Source: Guillardia theta CCMP2712
Lineage: Eukaryota > Protista > Cryptophyta
Direction: 5' to 3'
Length of the DNA: 64,000 nt
Assembly (NCBI RefSeq): GCF_000315625.1
Contig: NW_005434536.1
Coordinates: 1-64,000, forward strand
In this document: one piece after another, positions 57,468 to 64,000 of the stretch
Layout: every line of letters starts with the position of its first letter
How positions within the stretch are numbered: the first letter of the stretch is position 1
Position numbers and translations under genes: made by a program
Notes under the pieces: generated by a model
The model's database searches: none
What the model saw: only the letters and a program-made list of their open reading frames with translations
Told to the model about the DNA's origin: nothing

Positions 57468-57525
57468 CACTCTCCTACACTCACAAGGGCTATGCAACCA
57501 GGCGTATATACCACTTTCTTTTTGT

Positions 57526-60500
57526 CTAGCACTGTGCCGGGCAGTAGAACCCCGCTGGGCAGGGCTGGCAAGTATCGAGACCTACCCTGTAGTAGCCCGG
57601 TTCACAGGAACACTGGTTGAGGGATATGGCACCCACGAAACTGGTGGCAAAGATGGGACACCATTGGCAGGTCGCACCGTCTGGGCTGTATTTGCCCGGT
57701 TGGCAGAGTCGGCATATGTGCAGAGAGTCACTGGAACCGGGATTGCATATCGAGCAGCGGCGGATGCTGTTGTCTACGTCGTACTGGTCCATAATATTGT
57801 CACTGTCAGAATCCATTGAACGAGGACTGATGTTCCATTTCTTGGAGAGATACATATGGGTCGAAGTCATTTGCGAGCTGTTCAGTTTTTTGTTGAAGAC
57901 TAGAATCTCTTGGAGGTAGCCTTCGAATAAGCCCCCGACCTCAATGTACCCATTCGCCGTGGAGACCATCTGTGGGATGGCGGTGGGGTTGCCTGGCTTC
58001 CCGTTGACAAAAACTCTCGAGTAACTCGTCGAATCCATATACCCGCTCAAAATAATGCGGTCCCCAGTCAAGTCAATACGGGGGACGGTCTGCGTGGAAG
58101 AGGAGCTACCGCGGGTGTAGGCAAGTTGCGTTTCCGAGAGGTGTACCCCCTGCTGGACACTGTCGGCATTATCCAGAGAGGTTAGTAGCGTGGCAACCAA
58201 GTTGGTGGGCTTCAGGGTGATAAAGAAGGTGATCTGCTGGGGTAGTGGGGGAGTGAGGTCCGACCGGTAGTGCGATGCATTAAGATAGAACCACACCCCC
58301 TGGTCTGTCAGGTACGGTGTGTGGTCACGTGCGGGGGTAAAGACACGGCTGTACACCCCGAGATCCTTCCACTCCGTCACATAACCATTCGCACGATACA
58401 ATCCATCGTTGCCGAATCCATCCACATTTCTAGAATCCAACCACAGAACGAGGGAGGCCGGGTCGATGCCTGAGGCTGTCTTGCTGATGCCATTGATATT
58501 GGACACGATGTCACCCAGGATTGGTCTCTGGCAATGATCCAATGTGCAAAAGTCACCAGAATAAGAACCATTCATCGACGTGAGACCCGTCGCACACTCG
58601 AAGCAGCCATCGATGCGCATCTTCCTGATTCTGTTGTTGCCCTGGTCTGACACAACTGCATATCGCCCATCTCTGGTAATTGCAACGCCCCACGGGAGAT
58701 TGAACTGGGCGATGCTGGCATTGTTGTCGTCTAGGTATCCGGGATTGGCGGATCCAGCAATGGTCTTCACTTCCAGGGAGTCCAGATCCACCCACCTCAC
58801 CGAATGATCTTTGCTGTCGGCGACCAGCAGAAACTTCCCATCCAGGCTTATGGCAACGCCAGTGGGTTCGTAGAACTGTGCATTGGTACCAATACCATCA
58901 TTCAAACCCGAGACCCCATTCCCAACAAGATCATGACACGTATCTGGAATCTGCCAGTCCACATGCTTGATCGAGTGGTGGGACTTACACGCAATATAGG
59001 CATGGCTCCCAACTAGGTCCAACCCAGCGGGAATCATCGTTGGAGACCCCGCCGGGACAGCCACGATGGAACTCACAGCTCCCGTCTGGAGGTTGATCTT
59101 TCGCATGTGATCCGTGTCGACAACAACAAGCCAGTGGTCATTGTCCCCCAGCGCGGCACCCCTTGGGAGGTTGAACCTGGTGTTGGTGGTGGTAGACCCA
59201 ACGCTCGACGTTGTCACCGTGTCGGTGCAGAGGCCCGCAAACGTACTGACCTCGGCAGTCTTCAGATCAATCTTCCTGATACAATTATTGCCATTATCAA
59301 CGACAAACGCAACAGTCTCGTCCTGTGTGAGAGTGACATCAATCGGAAGTCGAAATTGCGCCCCAATCCCAACCGCATCGATGTATCCCGCAGTTTTTTG
59401 TCCCGCCAATGTGATTGTGTAGCCTGTCTCCAGATCGACCTTTCGTATCGCATTGTTGGCACCATCAGCGACCAGGATGAAAGTCTCCCCACACATTAGA
59501 TTATAGGGAGTGTCAAACCTCGCAAACTCCCCAGGACCATCCCGAAGATCCGCCCAGCCATCCCCAGCCAAGGTCCTGACATCCCACATGTTAGTCAGAG
59601 TGCCATTCCCGTAGAAACCTTCACGGCAGGGGCTTTGGGGTTTGCAGAAATCGATGGAAGTGCTCACAATAGGTGGGCTGACGGTGCCATCTGGGCACTT
59701 CTTGTACATACCCTCGGTCTCACCTCCAAAGTAGTCGATCCACTCATTTGTGTTGGGCTGGCAGAAACTTTTCCCATTTGCCCCCTTGATCGTCACATCG
59801 TTCCCACTGCAAGGGACACAACTGGTGCCATCAAAGTAAGTATTTGCTTCACACTCACTCGGATAGACACAATCATTAATAGACCGGGCCCTAAACCCCG
59901 CACTAATACTCGCATTTGGACAGGGGAGACAATTCCCCGTGGTCGTATCCACGTATTGGTTCATCGGGCACTCATTCTGTTTGCAATAACACTGCGAGGC
60001 TGCCTCGACAGGACTCCAGCTCCCCGGAGGGCAGAATTTGTGCTTGATCTTGATGATTATGATACCAGAGCCTCCACTACCACCTGCCCCAATCCCGCCA
60101 CCTCCGCCACCTCCAGTGCTGGGGATTGCGTTGCCACCCCAACAATACCCATATCTACATCCACTTCCACCACCACCTTTACCTCCACCCGATGGACCCG
60201 CGTAGTACCCACTGCCACCACCACCACCCGCCCAGTAACGCTCATACCCATCGATGTTGATCGGTATACCATCCCCACCACCAGTGTAAGGCCAACCATG
60301 CGCAGCGTCTCCACCCACCCCACCTGCGCCACCACCGCCTGCACCAACGATCGGGGAGGCCCAGTAGGTGCCGGCACCTCCTTTGTTTGCATACCCCGAC
60401 ACATTTGATGAATTCAGTGGTGAGTGCGATGGTATCAAGCCAAACACCGCTTCCCCATCCTTTCCCTCCATACCACTGGATCCACCTGCCCCTGTTTGTC

Positions 60501-63500
60501 CTTTCCCTGCTGTTCCTCCATACGCAGTTGCATAAAATATAGACGATGGCTGCCCATTGGCCCATTGACCACCACCAGCACCGACAACAGCAGTGTATGC
60601 TCCAGCCGGGACAGTCACATCCCGAGCATATATGACACCTCCACCCCCCCCACCCGCACTACCCCCGCCTCCTCCACTACCTCCGCCTCCACCCCCAACA
60701 ATGAGCACATCCAGGACAACATCCGAGTCAAAGGTGAAATCGTGATCAGTTTGCAGTCCGTTCCCATCATACCGGAAATAGTAGAGTGCTTTTCCTTCGA
60801 CCAGGTTCACAAAGCTTTCTGGTATTGCGTCGCACCCAGTGTCGCTGGTCGCCGCGGTGCCCGCAGGAGACAAGGGACTGTCAACAGGGCAGAGCTGACA
60901 AGACCCAGTCGAGTTGGTGTACCCCTCGGAACATTTCGACGTGCAGTTGCATCTAGAAGGGGCTTGGCCAGGGAGAGACGTGGTGCCAGGGGGACAGGAA
61001 TAGCAACCGTAAACCTCGATCTCCGACAGTTCATAATTAATCGTGTAGCTTGGTTGTCTGAACCAGATGTATCTTCCTGACAGCTCGCAGGACACATTCT
61101 TCTGCTCTCCGTTGTACGTGAATGTGATCTCGTCCGCACACTGAACGTTGTTGCTGTAAATGGCGTTGTCATATCCTATCCAGATCGTGGTCAACCCCCG
61201 CTCTGGGACATTCCGATACTGAGAAGCCCACAACCTGACAAATTGTATGTTTACCACACTCTCAAGATCGATAATGAAGTAGCCCTGCTGATTGCCAGTG
61301 TAGAAATTCGTAGTATTGTCAGTGTCAATCAGCGGCAATGGGTCCCCGCTCGATGTGGTGATTGGGCACAGCTCGTTTCCCAACGCGCCACATCTCTGCT
61401 GCAGCTGGAACTGTCCATAATACCCACTCGGACACTTGTAAAGACACGTCGCAGCACTGACCGATCCCCAATACCCCCTTGTATCCTGCCCGACTAAGCA
61501 GCTCTTGCAAAAAGTGCTCCCCACCGTGTCCTGATACGTATCCGGGCCGCAAATGCTGCAAGCCGTGGCCCCGCTCACATTCGAGTAGTACCCGGCAGGG
61601 CAGTCCATGCAGCCATCCTTGGTCCCGATCGAGTACTTCCCGGGCACGCAGGCGGGACAGGCGGAGATGGTGGCACGGCGTAGGCGGTTCCATTCTGTAA
61701 AGTACAGATACTCACCATCGTATGAAGTGGCAATACCAGCAACGTTGCCAACTAATGAGTTGTTGCCCAATACAGCATCAGCATACAGCATTAATCCATT
61801 TCCCACAACTGAAGTGTATGTTTTGGACGATATATTTAGAATGTATATGCGGTATGAAGTCGATCCAGCAGCTGCTATCACGTTTGAATGAACCAGTGAA
61901 TTGGTTTGTTGAATGTTTGCGTCTGTTACCATGGTGACCGATACAGTTGAAGACACCAAGTCATAAACATATGTATTGCCATTGCTGCAAGAGGCTGTAA
62001 TGCTGTCTGAATATAAGAACGAAATTCCTCTACATTGTACATAGAATGTGTACAATGTAACAACAGTTTTAGTTGATACCACTACACGTCGCAGTCTGCC
62101 ACTGTTTGAATCCAATATCAAGAAAGAATTCCCGTCTTTATCCCACACCATGTCAAAAACGACATCCAAACGACTATTTGTACCTACGCCATCATCCACC
62201 GATGTCAAAAGTGCAGTCTGACCACAATAACCAACAAACATCTCCACTTGTTGTGGCGTGCTGAAATCACCATTGCAGAGTACACGCATAATACACTTTG
62301 AATCATAAAGATTAAAATAGATATTGTTTGATTCTGCATCAATCAAAGCAACATGTGGTCTTGTCATAGTAAAACCAGACCCGTCCGAATTGACCAACGA
62401 CAATGTAAATAACTTTGATTGTTGTGTGTCATAAACCTTTAAAACAGTACCAGAGTAAGTTCCAACTACAACATATCTGTCATTTGCGCATATTTTTGAT
62501 TCACCGCTGTTTTCAGCAATTGTCTGCACATCCCACAAGGAATCAATCTGGGGTCTGGGACCTGTTCCCCCGGGGCAGTACACCCCCTGCGAGCACTTCA
62601 CGGCGCCGGGGCCGGAGTAGGTATTCAGGGGACATGTTGTAGATCCAAACACAATGAACTCATCGATATTGATTGCTGCAGGGTTTGCATCATTTTTGAA
62701 TCCCCATACGTAACGCCCATAGATATTGCAGTCTATCGTGTGAAAATCATCTGTGCTTGGATTGAAAAGGCCACAGTATTGATTTTCTGAATAAACCTCA
62801 CTGTTATTACCAATCCAGATTTCCATGTAGGCTTTATTTGCAAAACTCAATCTCGGCTTATTCACAATGTGATTAACAAAACGAACTTGACCCAAGTCAA
62901 TCTCAAACCAGTACGCGGTCTGCATCGTTTGATCGCCATCTCTATCGGGTGGAAGCAAAATGGAATTTTGTAAAGCCAAAACACGATTCAATATTGTGTA
63001 TGGATTCCTTGAAATGTATTGGTTTGTCCATGTGGACCCCACATAAGCACCCACTGAACTATATTGTCGAAAGCGACACATTTCATTACTTCCTTCACCA
63101 CACTTCAACGACCAATCCATCATCCTCCCTGTGCTCGAATAGGTATTCGCGGGAGTCACCGGCGGCTCATAGTCAACCATGTAACAATCTGTGTAATTTG
63201 TACTGCCCATATACTCCGTGGTGGTGCCAGCGGGGCAGCGAAGGCAGGTATTCGTACCACTTCCATCATCATAGTATCCGATATCACATAGTATAACAGG
63301 AATCGAATAATGTTGTTCCACGTCAAATTGAGTGAATGGAAAATCGTAAACTCGAAAATCATCCAAATAATAACCCATAGTAGACCCCATCAATTTATAC
63401 ACTGTATTGCCCCCTAAGTTAAGAAAATTAAAATATTCTCGTTGCGCACTTTGAACGCCGTCAATGTAAATAAAGACATCTCCATTGTTTTCAGGTTCTT

Positions 63501-64000
63501 CAGAAGTGAAAACCATATGATGCCATTTTCCGTCCCTCGTCACCAAAGAAGGTATTATTGAATCTGAATAAAAACCTGCACCATATGTTGCACCAATATG
63601 CCCCTCCGTTGACATTGTAGATATTGTGAATCGATAAAATTCACTATTACCAACTCCAAGTTGAAAGATATTGTCATTGATACTTGTTCCAGCAGGTACA
63701 AGTATCCAAAAAGCTATGGAATTGCCGATTTTAAACAAATCTTCAAAATCTACCGTTGTTGGTATGAGCAACTCAGACGAAATTGGAAAATATGCTGATT
63801 TACTACCTATTAAACCTGGAGAATGTGAACGAACACCTGTATTGATTGCATTATTTCCATTGCCAGAAATATCTTTTCCCAAATCCCCCGCATCCTCAAA
63901 CTGATAACTAACCACCGGCGCATAATCCACGCACTGGCTGACAGAAGTCGCGCCGACTGAATTTGTGGTGGTCATGTGGGGGCAGCGACTACAGGGGTCA
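57526..64000 (-). CDS. Large multidomain adhesin-like protein, 5'-truncated by the window edge (>2,150 aa)
   Basis: The frame stays open to the edge (DPCSRCPHMTTT). Order: LamG-like, F5/8-like, NHL propeller, second F5/8-like, Gly-rich domain (LIVGGGGGG...GSGGSGIIII), NHL repeats (DGIGTNAQFYEPTGVA), second LamG-like, separated by Cys repeats. Confidence 0.9.
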   Translation of the reverse strand, partial: DPCSRCPHMTTTNSVGATSVSQCVDYAPVVSYQFEDAGDLGKDISGNGNNAINTGVRSHSPGLIGSKSAYFPISSELLIPTTVDFEDLFKIGNSIAFWILVPAGTSINDNIFQLGVGNSEFYRFTISTMSTEGHIGATYGAGFYSDSIIPSLVTRDGKWHHMVFTSEEPENNGDVFIYIDGVQSAQREYFNFLNLGGNTVYKLMGSTMGYYLDDFRVYDFPFTQFDVEQHYSIPVILCDIGYYDDGSGTNTCLRCPAGTTTEYMGSTNYTDCYMVDYEPPVTPANTYSSTGRMMDWSLKCGEGSNEMCRFRQYSSVGAYVGSTWTNQYISRNPYTILNRVLALQNSILLPPDRDGDQTMQTAYWFEIDLGQVRFVNHIVNKPRLSFANKAYMEIWIGNNSEVYSENQYCGLFNPSTDDFHTIDCNIYGRYVWGFKNDANPAAINIDEFIVFGSTTCPLNTYSGPGAVKCSQGVYCPGGTGPRPQIDSLWDVQTIAENSGESKICANDRYVVVGTYSGTVLKVYDTQQSKLFTLSLVNSDGSGFTMTRPHVALIDAESNNIYFNLYDSKCIMRVLCNGDFSTPQQVEMFVGYCGQTALLTSVDDGVGTNSRLDVVFDMVWDKDGNSFLILDSNSGRLRRVVVSTKTVVTLYTFYVQCRGISFLYSDSITASCSNGNTYVYDLVSSTVSVTMVTDANIQQTNSLVHSNVIAAAGSTSYRIYILNISSKTYTSVVGNGLMLYADAVLGNNSLVGNVAGIATSYDGEYLYFTEWNRLRRATISACPACVPGKYSIGTKDGCMDCPAGYYSNVSGATACSICGPDTYQDTVGSTFCKSCLVGQDTRGYWGSVSAATCLYKCPSGYYGQFQLQQRCGALGNELCPITTSSGDPLPLIDTDNTTNFYTGNQQGYFIIDLESVVNIQFVRLWASQYRNVPERGLTTIWIGYDNAIYSNNVQCADEITFTYNGEQKNVSCELSGRYIWFRQPSYTINYELSEIEVYGCYSCPPGTTSLPGQAPSRCNCTSKCSEGYTNSTGSCQLCPVDSPLSPAGTAATSDTGCDAIPESFVNLVEGKALYYFRYDGNGLQTDHDFTFDSDVVLDVLIVGGGGGGSGGGGGSAGGGGGGVIYARDVTVPAGAYTAVVGAGGGQWANGQPSSIFYATAYGGTAGKGQTGAGGSSGMEGKDGEAVFGLIPSHSPLNSSNVSGYANKGGAGTYWASPIVGAGGGGAGGVGGDAAHGWPYTGGGDGIPINIDGYERYWAGGGGGSGYYAGPSGGGKGGGGSGCRYGYCWGGNAIPSTGGGGGGGIGAGGSGGSGIIIIKIKHKFCPPGSWSPVEAASQCYCKQNECPMNQYVDTTTGNCLPCPNASISAGFRARSINDCVYPSECEANTYFDGTSCVPCSGNDVTIKGANGKSFCQPNTNEWIDYFGGETEGMYKKCPDGTVSPPIVSTSIDFCKPQSPCREGFYGNGTLTNMWDVRTLAGDGWADLRDGPGEFARFDTPYNLMCGETFILVADGANNAIRKVDLETGYTITLAGQKTAGYIDAVGIGAQFRLPIDVTLTQDETVAFVVDNGNNCIRKIDLKTAEVSTFAGLCTDTVTTSSVGSTTTNTRFNLPRGAALGDNDHWLVVVDTDHMRKINLQTGAVSSIVAVPAGSPTMIPAGLDLVGSHAYIACKSHHSIKHVDWQIPDTCHDLVGNGVSGLNDGIGTNAQFYEPTGVAISLDGKFLLVADSKDHSVRWVDLDSLEVKTIAGSANPGYLDDNNASIAQFNLPWGVAITRDGRYAVVSDQGNNRIRKMRIDGCFECATGLTSMNGSYSGDFCTLDHCQRPILGDIVSNINGISKTASGIDPASLVLWLDSRNVDGFGNDGLYRANGYVTEWKDLGVYSRVFTPARDHTPYLTDQGVWFYLNASHYRSDLTPPLPQQITFFITLKPTNLVATLLTSLDNADSVQQGVHLSETQLAYTRGSSSSTQTVPRIDLTGDRIILSGYMDSTSYSRVFVNGKPGNPTAIPQMVSTANGYIEVGGLFEGYLQEILVFNKKLNSSQMTSTHMYLSKKWNISPRSMDSDSDNIMDQYDVDNSIRRCSICNPGSSDSLHICRLCQPGKYSPDGATCQWCPIFATSFVGAISLNQCSCEPGYYRVGLDTCQPCPAGFYCPAQC

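Larger units (their letters stand above)
5598..64000. mobile_element. Large eukaryotic DNA virus genome segment or endogenous viral element, Duplodnaviria (mirusvirus-like)
   Basis: Terminase ATPase and HK97-like portal in a gene-dense, orphan-rich region with eukaryotic signals (TATA, AATAAA, GT-AG introns, signal peptides, NLS-like motifs). No major capsid protein, integrase or polymerase recognised in the window. Confidence 0.75.

Noticed and set aside
24262-63904. Numerous 60-290-aa plus-strand and alternate-frame ORFs within the giant genes
   Set aside because: Shadow ORFs expected from GC3-rich coding sequence; they have no motifs of their own.
5598-64000. Bacterial prophage or diversity-generating retroelement
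   Set aside because: Introns, poly(A) signals and eukaryotic secretory domains argue against a phage. No reverse transcriptase or template/variable repeat pair was seen.

Overview
This window looks like part of a large eukaryotic dsDNA virus of the HK97/herpes lineage (Duplodnaviria, most plausibly Mirusviricota-like), either integrated in a protist chromosome or co-assembled with it. It has three zones. (1) 1-5597 is a GC-rich, palindrome-dense 332-bp tandem array (~17 unit lengths, including a 666-N gap) that ends abruptly against the 3' stub of a gene. (2) 5598-24233 is a compact set of mostly orphan genes. It includes the N-terminal half of a terminase ATPase (STPRRFGKT), an HK97-type portal-like protein, a permuted papain-like peptidase, a class-3 lipase-like protein and a direct-repeat-flanked surface-protein cassette. 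(3) 24251-64000 is a ~40-kb minus-strand cluster of five Cys-rich repeat proteins (four with visible signal peptides; up to ~5,700 aa) carrying lectin, EGF, NHL and Gly-rich modules. TATA boxes, AATAAA signals and predicted GT-AG introns point to expression by host nuclear Pol II. The terminase stops at a splice donor at about the position where herpesvirus terminases are spliced, and no second exon is visible in the window, which suggests long-range or trans-splicing. Four genes are each broken by one missing base at a GGGG run, possibly a sequencing artefact. All assignments come from motif recognition by eye; no database searches were run.
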